Positions 9,474-18,352 of a DNA stretch of 64,000 nt are shown piece by piece. A program made the position numbers and the translations under genes. The stretch lies in NCBI GenBank assembly GCA_019651595.1, contig BOYQ01000006.1, positions 44,044-108,043 of the forward strand, read 5' to 3'. The notes below the pieces were generated by a model, which was given only the letters and a program-made list of their open reading frames with translations, ran no database searches and had not been told where the DNA came from. Origin of the DNA: Candidatus Poseidoniales archaeon (GTDB lineage Archaea; Thermoplasmatota; Poseidoniia; Poseidoniales; Poseidoniaceae). How positions within the stretch are numbered: the stretch's first letter is position 1; every line of letters starts with the position of its first letter.

Positions 9474-10409
9474 TCACGATGTGGACTGAAACGCGTAGGG
9501 GTTGTCCTTCACATGGCGGCGGAACAGGACGATTCGGCTGACCCAGAACGCCAAGGCCAGTCCGCCCAGCAGCGCATTCCACTGGATGAGCAGGCTCATG
9601 CCCCACAGTCCGAAGTAAAAGAGGCAGCAGGCCAACAGCAGTATCACGAGGTACACCGGTGCCATGTTGATGCGCGGGTCAAGGAAGGAGTAGATGTAGT
9701 ACCCCTGCGGCAACCGTGCGTATGCGTAGGAAAACAACACGTACACGATTCCAAAGAAGATGGGAAAGATGCCGAACTGCCACTGGAGTTCTGCCTGCAC
9801 CAGGAATAAATCAAGGGCCAGAAAAATTGCCGTGTAGTTGTGCATGACCAATTCATAATTCTTGAAGAACGTCCCAAACGGGCGCTCTTGCGCAATCTCG
9901 TCGGGGATGATGACGTAGCGAACCACGGTGGCCGTGATGAACGCAGCGCCGTAAGCGGCGGGCATCAACATCACCGTGAGCGTGTTCATGACCGGAGGGA
10001 CATCAAGGTTGAACACGGCCATCCACGTCGCCGTCCCTGCGATGAAAAACGCCACCCCGAAGACCATCAGCGTCCAACTGCTGAAGGTCCCGATTCGTTC
10101 AAACCCCGTGGTTCGAATCATGGTCTCTTCCCCTGTTTCATGCAGGATCGCGAACATGCGTCCCGGCTCAGGACTTCGAATCATCCAGAACACCACGGTG
10201 TGGAACGCGAGGTAGGCACAGGCGTAGCGGAACACGCCGATGAAGACCATGGGCACCGCTGAGGTTTGGTACGAACGACCCGAATCACCCAGCATGTCAT
10301 TGATTCCAACCACGACGTAGAACACCACGGCGAGCACGGTGGTGGTCATGCGCACACGCAACGTGACGAGGGTTCGGTCCTGCCCCTCGGCCGTCGATGC
10401 GGTGTCCAT
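9474..10409 (-). CDS. integral membrane protein (possibly AIG1/FAR-17a 'Pr6Pr'-like)
   Basis: Start MDTASTAEGQ at 10409. The upstream part of ORF 9474-10844 overlaps the receiver gene and looks non-coding. About 8 TM helices. The tail ...QGYYIYSFLDP weakly recalls the Pr6Pr family. Confidence 0.6.
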   Translation of the reverse strand: MDTASTAEGQDRTLVTLRVRMTTTVLAVVFYVVVGINDMLGDSGRSYQTSAVPMVFIGVFRYACAYLAFHTVVFWMIRSPEPGRMFAILHETGEETMIRTTGFERIGTFSSWTLMVFGVAFFIAGTATWMAVFNLDVPPVMNTLTVMLMPAAYGAAFITATVVRYVIIPDEIAQERPFGTFFKNYELVMHNYTAIFLALDLFLVQAELQWQFGIFPIFFGIVYVLFSYAYARLPQGYYIYSFLDPRINMAPVYLVILLLACCLFYFGLWGMSLLIQWNALLGGLALAFWVSRIVLFRRHVKDNPYAFQSTS

Positions 10410-10449
10410 GATTGTCCTTTCCAGTCCTGACCTTAAGTGCGTTCCGGGC

Positions 10450-10803
10450 TCATGGAGGGGTTTGTTTGGGCCAAAAGTCGAGGGACGCCAGGTCAAATTT
10501 AACCACGCCTCGGTCAGCACCGAGCACCACCATGGCGTCGTTTTTTTCCGAGGCGCTTGACATGGCGACGACGGTGGGCGGTCGTCGAACTTCCGATGAA
10601 AGAAGGGTTCGCAGCACCTCGTGTCCGCTGATGGGCGGCATGTAGTGGTCCAGCAGCAGCACGTCGGGTGCAAAGCGTCGGACGTGGTCGAGGGCGTCGG
10701 ACGAATTCCACCGCTGTTCAAGCACCAGTTGGTCGACGTCAACGCCGCCGGCCAGAAGCAGGGCTTCGATGTCGTAGTGATCCTCAAAGGCCAGCACCCG
10801 CAT
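10450..10803 (-). CDS. stand-alone response-regulator receiver (CheY-like) domain protein
   Basis: MRVLAFEDH..., acceptor Asp in VLLLDHYMP, S in VVAMSS, K in VVKFD. No output domain. Confidence 0.8.
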   Translation of the reverse strand: MRVLAFEDHYDIEALLLAGGVDVDQLVLEQRWNSSDALDHVRRFAPDVLLLDHYMPPISGHEVLRTLLSSEVRRPPTVVAMSSASEKNDAMVVLGADRGVVKFDLASLDFWPKQTPP

Positions 10804-10813
10804 GAACGAGGCC

Positions 10814-12706
10814 TCAGGACGGAATGGGCTGCTGCTCCCACCAAGGCGGCGCGAGGAACCAGCGGTCGTCGTTGTCTGGCCGGTCGATCAGCGGTAAACT
10901 CAGCGTGGAGGAAGCGTCGAAATTGACGTTCATACCGACCGCAGCGCAGGGGCTCGGCAGGTAGTCCTCGCCCGATTCGGTGAGCACCACTTCGATCACG
11001 GCCCCGGCGTTCAGGTCAACGTCCATGGGGTTGAATTCCATCAGCATCGTGTAGGCAGAGAACGGTGCTGCTGGGTTGGCGTCGTAGCCCCCGTCTCGGT
11101 AGCGAACGTCCATGGTCGCGTGGCCAACTCGAAGCCCGTCTGCGTACATGGTGGCGAAGATTTGACCCCCGTTACACGCCAGCGTGTTCACCGAGAGGTG
11201 AAGGGTGGGCATGCCCGAAATGTGCGTGTCTTGCTCGAGCGCGGGCAGGGTGAACGAGCGTTGGTTTTGCGAGTTGACCGTACCGCCCGTGCCCTCCGCA
11301 CCGTCAAGCGGGACGGACCACCATTCCATGTCGGCGGGCGGCCAGGTTTCCTCCACGTGCCATTTCCCGTCGTGGGTTTGCATTTGCACCATCGGCTCGG
11401 GCTCTTCCCCGATGTCCTTGAGGTAGTAGTTGAACCAGCCGTAGAGTTCCACGGCCCAGTCCATTCGGCTCATGTTGGGATAGGCCTCGGCACCGTAGCC
11501 GCTGCCCATTTCGCTGTGGCGGTCCGGTTGGTCGGGGTAGTTGTGCGCCCACTGGCCGGCGATGGCCCGAGCGTTGATGCCGGCGTCCCGCATCAATTGG
11601 TAGGTGGGGAAGGCGTGGTAGGGGTCAACGTTCCAGTCTTGCATCCCCCACACAAGGTAGACGCTGCCCTTGTAGTTCGCCAGCACGTCCGGAAGGTGGC
11701 GACGCTCGTCCCAATAGTCGTTCCATTCGGCACCACCGAATTCGGCGCCCGCCCAGGTGGTCAGGGGGTTGAGCGGACCGATGAGGTCGTCGGTGCACAT
11801 CCGCATGTCGTCGGTGCCAGCATCGGTGGTGGCGCCTTCGTAGAGCGCATCGTACAGCATGGCTCTTGCTTCAGAGGAACCGTTTCTATAGAACATTTCT
11901 TGGACGCCGATCGAGCCTGAAATCGGGACGATGGTCTTGAGGTAGGGCGAGGGTTGCTGCGCAGCTTCCCAGTTGGTGGTGCCGGCGTAGGACTTCCCCA
12001 TCAGTCCGACGTTGCCGTTGGACCATTCTTGCTCACCCAACCAGTCAACGACAGCCTGAATGCCGGTTTGCTCTCCGAGGCCCTTGACGTCCTGGCAGTG
12101 GGTGGACTGTCCCGTGCCGAAGGTCGAAGCCTGAGCGAGGGCGTAGCCGTGAGGGACGAAGGTGTCGTAGACCCACTTCCCCACGCCACCGTCGGGGACG
12201 GTGTTTGGAGCGGAATCGTCGCCGGCCACGCCTTCCCCACCGAAGTCGTAGTAGGGATGGATGGTCATGATGACGGGGATTTTCGTGCCGTCGGGCACGT
12301 CCGGCAACCACAACGCAACGTGCATCAAGGCGGGTCCGGGGAACCCAGCGTCCTGCTCGCTGGCGGGCAGGTCCACCTCAACAAAGTGTTCCTCGTAGGG
12401 CAGGGCCTGGTAGGTGCCGTTGACGGGAAGCTGAGCCCGGAGGGTGTCCATGGGCAGGTCCATCAGATGGCGTTCGTCCAGCGGTGTGTTCCACCATTCG
12501 ACCGACGACGGTCCGGCTTCGCTGGCGAGGTTGGCGGCAGGAGACGTGATCACCATGGCCAACATCAGGAAGGTGAAAGCAAAGGCCACGGTGGCGGCAG
12601 CGGAGAAGTTCAACTGGCGCTGTGTGTTGTTTTCCGAGACCTTGAGTTCCACCTCGATGGGCGTGGAGTCCTCGGCCATGTTGCTGGGACGCTGCTCCCC
12701 CATCAA
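10814..12706 (-). CDS. membrane-anchored X-Pro dipeptidyl-peptidase / CocE-NonD family serine hydrolase (S15)
   Basis: N-terminal TM anchor. Nucleophile elbow LMGKSYAGT. 630 aa, uninterrupted. Confidence 0.85.
   Translation of the reverse strand: MMGEQRPSNMAEDSTPIEVELKVSENNTQRQLNFSAAATVAFAFTFLMLAMVITSPAANLASEAGPSSVEWWNTPLDERHLMDLPMDTLRAQLPVNGTYQALPYEEHFVEVDLPASEQDAGFPGPALMHVALWLPDVPDGTKIPVIMTIHPYYDFGGEGVAGDDSAPNTVPDGGVGKWVYDTFVPHGYALAQASTFGTGQSTHCQDVKGLGEQTGIQAVVDWLGEQEWSNGNVGLMGKSYAGTTNWEAAQQPSPYLKTIVPISGSIGVQEMFYRNGSSEARAMLYDALYEGATTDAGTDDMRMCTDDLIGPLNPLTTWAGAEFGGAEWNDYWDERRHLPDVLANYKGSVYLVWGMQDWNVDPYHAFPTYQLMRDAGINARAIAGQWAHNYPDQPDRHSEMGSGYGAEAYPNMSRMDWAVELYGWFNYYLKDIGEEPEPMVQMQTHDGKWHVEETWPPADMEWWSVPLDGAEGTGGTVNSQNQRSFTLPALEQDTHISGMPTLHLSVNTLACNGGQIFATMYADGLRVGHATMDVRYRDGGYDANPAAPFSAYTMLMEFNPMDVDLNAGAVIEVVLTESGEDYLPSPCAAVGMNVNFDASSTLSLPLIDRPDNDDRWFLAPPWWEQQPIPS
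11884..11893. repeat. palindrome TTCTATAGAA (copy 1, inside S15 peptidase CDS)
   Basis: Exact 10-mer. Read on the coding strand as ATG TTC TAT AGA AAC (MFYRN). Confidence 0.9.
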
Positions 12707-12718
12707 GAGGATGACGCT

Positions 12719-13030
12719 TTACTCGCTTGCTTTGCGGGCTTGGATGAAGGAGCGAACGCACAAGGCCGTGTAGGCCGAGCCGGTCAAGAACAACATCAGC
12801 ATGGAGCCGCTGGCGTAGTCGATTCCGTCGCCCATGACCATGAAAAAGCGGGTGCCCAGAAGGGCGCTGAGCAGACCGAGGACGACGGCCACGTGCATCC
12901 AGAGTTTTCGTTGCTCGGGGTTGCTTTTGGCAAGAACACCGCTGACCACCAGCCCTGCACCGGGCACGCACGGTATGAAACGTGTCAGGGAATCGGTGGT
13001 CGAGAGCAAGCCAACAGCGATGCCCCACAC
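12719..13030 (-). CDS. small hypothetical membrane protein; 5' end may be lost in the low-quality block
   Basis: 103-aa ORF with three hydrophobic segments, 13 nt upstream of the S15 peptidase gene. Confidence 0.4.
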   Translation of the reverse strand: MWGIAVGLLSTTDSLTRFIPCVPGAGLVVSGVLAKSNPEQRKLWMHVAVVLGLLSALLGTRFFMVMGDGIDYASGSMLMLFLTGSAYTALCVRSFIQARKASE

Positions 13031-13039
13031 AACGAAAAC

Positions 13040-13505
13040 CCGTAGCCGAAAACGGAGGGTTTGGGGATGAAATCAGATGGCTTGTCCATGAATTGCGGGG
13101 GGTTCCTTTTGGGGGATGTTTCCTTGGGCGACGGCCGGCCCCTTTTTTTTTCAAAAAAAGGGGGGGAAGGGCCAAAAACCCCCATAGGAGCCGCCACCGG
13201 GGTTCCCGGAAAAAGCTCTTCTTGGGGGCCCCCTGGGTGTAAGTGGGGCAAGGAAGAGCCCCGCTTTTTTTGGGAAGTTTTGGGGCTTCCCGACCCCGGG
13301 TTTTAATTTGGGCCGACCCGCTCCCGGAAACGGGGTTAAAACCCCCGAGGAAAAAATTTAAGGAAACGCCGAAAAAAATTTTGAGGAAAACTTCCCTTAA
13401 ACCGTTGGGTTTACCTTTGGGAAAGGGAGGAAATTATATAAATTTTAGCTTGGGGGGCCCTACCCCGGAAAAAATGATTGCCCCACGTTTAATCGGGGCT
13501 CTACG
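13040..13505. other. low-quality sequence block (over-called homopolymers)
   Basis: Nearly every base is run-extended (cctttttttttt caaaaaaa ggggggg aagggcc...). 13383-13402 gaggaaaacttcccttaaac collapses to GAG AAC TTC CTT AAA = ENFLK, a cyclophilin N-terminal signature. Confidence 0.75.
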
Positions 13506-13511
13506 ACAGCG

Positions 13512-14207
13512 TGTTTTTTCCCTCGTGTCATCAACGATTTTGTGACCCAATCGGGCGACCCGACGTGCAAGACCATCGGCGTCTACCCCAGCACCAGCCC
13601 CACCTGTGGCAGCGGGGGAACGGGCGAAACCATCCCGCTCGAGCACAACGAGAACCTGTCCCACGTGGACGGCGCCATCGGGATGGCGCGCAGTGCCGAC
13701 CCCGATTCCGCAGATTCCCAATGGTACATCGCTGAAACCGAAGCGCACGGCTTGGACCCCGAAAATCGGGACGATGAGGGCTACGCCACCTTCGGCATCG
13801 TACGCCACGGCATGACCCACATTCGCGCCATTGCCGACGTGCCCACCAGCGACGAACCCACGGGCACCGCCCTTGACAATCCGTTCGCGTCCGCTGGAAG
13901 GCCGCTGCTTGAAGTTCGCATCGTTTCCATGGACATGATCGGCGTGGCCGACCCGGACGGAACGATTCGAAACCCCGTGGTGAAGGCCCAAAGCGACGGG
14001 TCGTTTCTTGAAGACGCCGTGCTGATCGTCGGCGTACCGCTGGCGGTCGTCCTGGTCGGTGTCGGCATCACGCTGGCGGTGTACGGCCGGACCGCTCCCG
14101 GCAGCAAAACCGCGTCCGAAGTCGATGACGGCGAACCCGTTCTCGAGGCAGAAGCGCTCATCGTGGCCGAACTTGTCAACGAGGATTCAGCGACGGACGA
14201 AGGCTGA
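13512..14207 (+). CDS. cyclophilin-type peptidyl-prolyl isomerase with C-terminal TM anchor (5' part lies in the low-quality block)
   Basis: FPRVINDFVTQSGDPT...GSGGTGETIPLE...GAIGMARSADPDSADSQWYI. A hydrophobic helix AVLIVGVPLAVVLVGVGITLAVYG and an acidic tail follow. Confidence 0.8.
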   Translation, partial: CFFPRVINDFVTQSGDPTCKTIGVYPSTSPTCGSGGTGETIPLEHNENLSHVDGAIGMARSADPDSADSQWYIAETEAHGLDPENRDDEGYATFGIVRHGMTHIRAIADVPTSDEPTGTALDNPFASAGRPLLEVRIVSMDMIGVADPDGTIRNPVVKAQSDGSFLEDAVLIVGVPLAVVLVGVGITLAVYGRTAPGSKTASEVDDGEPVLEAEALIVAELVNEDSATDEG

Positions 14208-15142
14208 GGTCGAGCACCACGTGCCGCACCCGTGGGGCGAACCATTTGACGCGTTCAAGGTGCAGCGCCTCGACTTCAAAGCCGAGTTGATGCACCTCCA
14301 CCATGTTGCGGAACCGGTCCACCGTTTGGTTGGTCCACGCCTCAATGCGCTCTTCCTCAACGTTCATGTGGACGTGGAGAACACCCCCCGTGGGTTTCAA
14401 CGCCAAGAGGCAGGCCTCCCACACCGGTTCGCTTGAGGGCAAAAGGCCGAGATGACATCGGTCGGCTTGGGCTCGAAGGTTGGCCAACGTCTTGCGGTTA
14501 TCGCCTTCGTGAACGGTCAAGCGGTCCTCGATGGCGTTGGCCGCTGCACCCGCCCGGAGGCCGGCGAGGGAGGCGGGGTTGATTTCACACGCATGCACGT
14601 GAGCCGCCCCGGCGTGAACGAGCATCGGGAAGGTGTAGTAGCCCACGCCGGCGTAAGCGTCGACGACCACTTCGCCCTGCATGTTCATGGCGCCGATGCG
14701 TCGTCGTTCGGTGACGTTGCCCGACGAGAACATCACCTTTGCCGCATCAAAGGTGTAGGTCATGCCGTGGTCGGTGAACTGAACCTCGGACGAACCCAGC
14801 AGCATCTCCACCTGCGATGAGCGGAAGGTGTCGTTGGCGATGGGTGCCTGAACGCCGAGGGCGGACACCTTGAGGGCCTCGGCCATGGCGGACCACAGGC
14901 TCGCTGCTTCGGGGTGGCCCCTCAAGGCGTCCCCACGTGTCCGAAGAGCAGTGGTCGTAAGGGAGGAGGGCCAAGTCGCCCAAGCGCTCCCACTTTGTCG
15001 GGACGACGTCAGCGAGATGAGCCTCCATACCCGTGGCCGTCAGCCAGCCTTCCGTGGTGGCGTTGAGGCGCTGAAAGTCGACGGACGCCCGTTTGGTGGC
15101 CTGCGGCTGCGGTTTGTCCGTGGATGTTGAGTTCTTGGCCAC
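14176..15142 (-). CDS. Trm5/Taw2-family tRNA(Phe) G37 / wyosine-pathway SAM methyltransferase, one frame change near 14925
   Basis: FDAAKVMFSSGNVTERRR, VVVDAYAGVGYYTFP, HACEINP. The N-part (...VPTKWERLGDLALLP) is in another frame. The 5' end is uncertain and may continue towards 15320. Confidence 0.75.
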
Positions 15143-15319
15143 GACGCCCTCAACGGTGGACGCCAGCGAGGTGCTTGGACCAGCGGAAACTCCGACCAGT
15201 CACCATCGGTCCGCAGCGGTTCAACGTGGAGCTCCGCCATCCCTGTGCTTTTTGACAGGGCGTGAACCCGCTCCCCTTGGCTTTGCATCCACGAGCAGAA
15301 ACGTCGTGGTCCCTCCAAG

Positions 15320-16350
15320 GTCCATGCCGAGGGGGAGAGGGTAACCCTTTCTCCCCGACCTTAGGGGGGAAAACTTCGCACCTTTGGGGAACCCGGTTGT
15401 AAAGCACGCCTTTTTCGATGCGTTGGGGCCATTTCCCCCCCCTTCGTCCCCGCGTGGCGCCAGGGGGATGCAGCCTGCATTGGTGGGGGGACTTTGGACA
15501 TACGACCACAGCGATGACGCGCCTACCGTCAGGACTGGGGGAAGGGAAACTTTGTTTTGCCCCGATCCCCGACCTCCTCCATCGAACTGGAGTTGACGGG
15601 CCGTTCGGGAATTCGAGCGGACTCCTGGGTTTTGGGGGCTTGGCCGACCATGGACACCCTGAGGACACCAGGTTTTGAGCCAACGACGGCCCTAGCGGCC
15701 CTTACCGCCACAGCCCAAAGGGGGCGGGCTCACCAACCGTTGGCGAAACTCAAAACGGGGTCCACAAGCCCCCAAGCCCCCCGGAGTCGGGCTTTGGCCC
15801 GCCCAAACCTCTCCCCCCAAAACATCACCTTTCACCAGTGGCGGTCAACCGACGTTTTCCCGGTTTCAACCAACGTCAGGCTGAAAGGGCGCCGGGGCAC
15901 AACGGTTTTAGCCACCCCTTTGCCCAAGCCCCGGCTTTGGTTTACCTGCTGGCCAGCAATTTCAACTTGGGCTCGGAGAAACTCGACTCGACAACCTATG
16001 GGGCTGCTCACGATGGGGGTAGATCAACCCAGCTTGACCTGACCACCAAACCCGGGGACCCGGGGGTTTTTTTCATCAACCCTCGTCTACGAGGTGCTGG
16101 GCACCACGTCAACGGACCTTGTGCCCGTTTCGGGCCACCCGCCCCTGGCGGCGGGTGGTCAATGAACCATTTTTTGGCGCCCAACCGACGGTGATAAGGT
16201 CCAGCGGGTGGATTTGGGCCCCCGGGGGACCCAAATTCCCCACGGTCTTCACGGGGGGTTTCCCCTCGATTCAACCTCGTCATCGATTTGAGCAAGAAAA
16301 GGGCCACCATTTATTTCGCTGCCGGAGTGTACTACCCCGACACCCCCAAC
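15320..16350. other. low-quality sequence block (over-called homopolymers)
   Basis: Same stutter texture (gggggggaaaacttcgc, ccccccccttcg, gggggtttttttc...). No ORF here is interpretable. Confidence 0.7.
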
Positions 16351-16364
16351 CGTGGGGCATCAAC

Positions 16365-18352
16365 ATGTTCGAAGTTTCCTCGGCGGCATCCATTCCCGTC
16401 ATCACGTCGGACGGAATCCGTTTAGCGTACCACAACGGGATCGTTGACCTGACACAGTTCACCGACCAGTTCCCTGTTGGCGACATCGTTGAAAGCCTTG
16501 GTAACACCATCGCCGGCGTGGGCGACATCGAGATGAGCGATCTTCTGTGGGTTTCCCAAGCCGAGGCTGGCGGCGTGTTCGACGTTGCCGGTGGACTCAA
16601 TTTTTCTCACTCAGCAGGGTGCACTGAGCCGGTTGCCGCCGGGCAGGTGCTCCACTATTGCCTCCAAGGACCCAACGCCATGGACGAAACATACCCCGTT
16701 TACCTCCAAACGACCAGTCAACCCTTCTCAATGCGGTTCATCGACATCATCATCGCTCAGGGGGACGATGATGAATTCAAAGCCCTGAACGGTTTCCTCG
16801 AGAACGTTCAGAGCAGCGACCTTGAGCGACTGATGAACGCCGGTTTTTCTCTTGAGGCCGTTGTTGGTGAGTCCTTCCTCAACGCAGGTCGACCTGAGCG
16901 GGTTGCCTCCTGCGGACTTGACCGTCGAGATCATCCTTCCCGACTGGGTTACTCACCGTGGACGGTACCTCAACCATCACCTTGACCAAATCGCTTGAGG
17001 CCGCCATTTCCCCTCGACCTTTCCTGACGGGGCTTGACCCCTACGATTGGGAGCACGAGATCACCGACGAAGACGGGCGGGTTCTCTGCTATGCCAATCA
17101 GAGCACGTGTGTGGAGTCGGATGTGGCGCTTGACCTGTCCTCGGTGAACTTCAACGAATGGAGCGGTTCTTTCAGCGTCACGATGGCGCTCGACGCCGAG
17201 CTGAGCATCTACCGTATCGGTTTCGTGAACGGCGAGCGCTGCATCAACGAGCCTGACATCCAAGCTTGTGGTCAGATGGAGGCGTTCCCGTCCGACCTCT
17301 TGCGACTCATCATCGACCTCTCCAGCCGGATGGACGACCCTCTCGACGGCAGCGTTCCGATTCCGTGGTGCGAAAACGATGAAATCAAGTCCAACTTCGA
17401 TGACTGCGACGACCTGCAGCTTGAAGCGACACGCCAAGGCATGAAGGACCTCGCCAACCGACTCGGAGTACTCGCCACCGACGCTATACACGGGTTTGGG
17501 ACGCTGGCCGCTGAGGACGACGACAATCCGTTTGGTGTGGTCGACCTTTCGGCGTTTGAACTCATCACCGGCATCTCAGGCATTGAGGCACCCGATGAAA
17601 TCGTGAGCGACGACGAACCCATCGTTCTCTCGCTTCGTATACCGAAGGTGCGATTCACCATTGGAACGGCCGACGGATGGAGCGGTTTGTCAGACGGCAA
17701 CCCCGAGGACATTCAGTTGAGCATCGTCACCAGCAGCATTCAGTCCGTGTTCCATCAGCCCCTCCAAACGTTGAGCGACGTGATGACCCGAGCCCTGCGG
17801 TCCTCCATCATCGGCGGCGACGGGCTGACCTATCCGCCCACCAACGAGGAAACCATCACCCTCTCCACCGGTCCCGTTGACACCAACTTACCGACCGAAT
17901 ACGAGGGGGTTGAATCCCCCATTGACGGTGCGGCCTACACCGGTCCGATCACGTTCACGCTTCCGCGTGGCGTGACGCTCGTGGACGCTTCCTCTTCAGC
18001 GGGCAACCTGATCATCACCGAGGACGGCGGACGTCAAACGATCACCTACATCGTTCCGCCGGGTGAATTTGAGGACGACCTGACCTTCCGAATTCAAGTT
18101 GGTTGGCTGTACTTCCTGATTCAGTTCTGGGTCTATCCAACCATCGTGCTGCTGCTTGTGGTGATGTTCGTCCGTCGCCGTCGCCTCAAGAAGAAGAAAA
18201 AGAAGGCGGCCATGGCCAACCGGCAGGCGGCGGTCACCAAAGCCCAACTCGGCGACCACGAGTTCGCCGACCTCGCAGGGTTCGCCAGTCCGGCCCTTCG
18301 GCACGGTGAGACGATAGAAGACATGGCTTACATCGATGAATTGTCCCGTTAG
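16365..18352 (+). CDS. large surface protein with C-terminal TM anchor and poly-basic stop-transfer; two frame changes near 16880 and 16955
   Basis: Fragments are 16119/16365-16985 and 16958-18352, bridged by ...QVDLSGLPPADLTVEIILPDWVT in the third frame. The C-terminus is WLYFLIQFWVYPTIVLLLVVMFVRRRRLKKKKKK plus a 55-aa tail. The N-terminus is probably lost in block 15320-16350. Confidence 0.55.

Noticed and set aside
13061-13545. ORFs predicted inside the stuttered blocks (e.g. 13061-13306, 13243-13545, 15150-15683, 15557-16042, 26936-27493, 27510-28007)
   Set aside because: The sequence there consists of run-extended bases. The translations are G/P/K/F-rich nonsense, apart from recognisable remnants of flanking genes.
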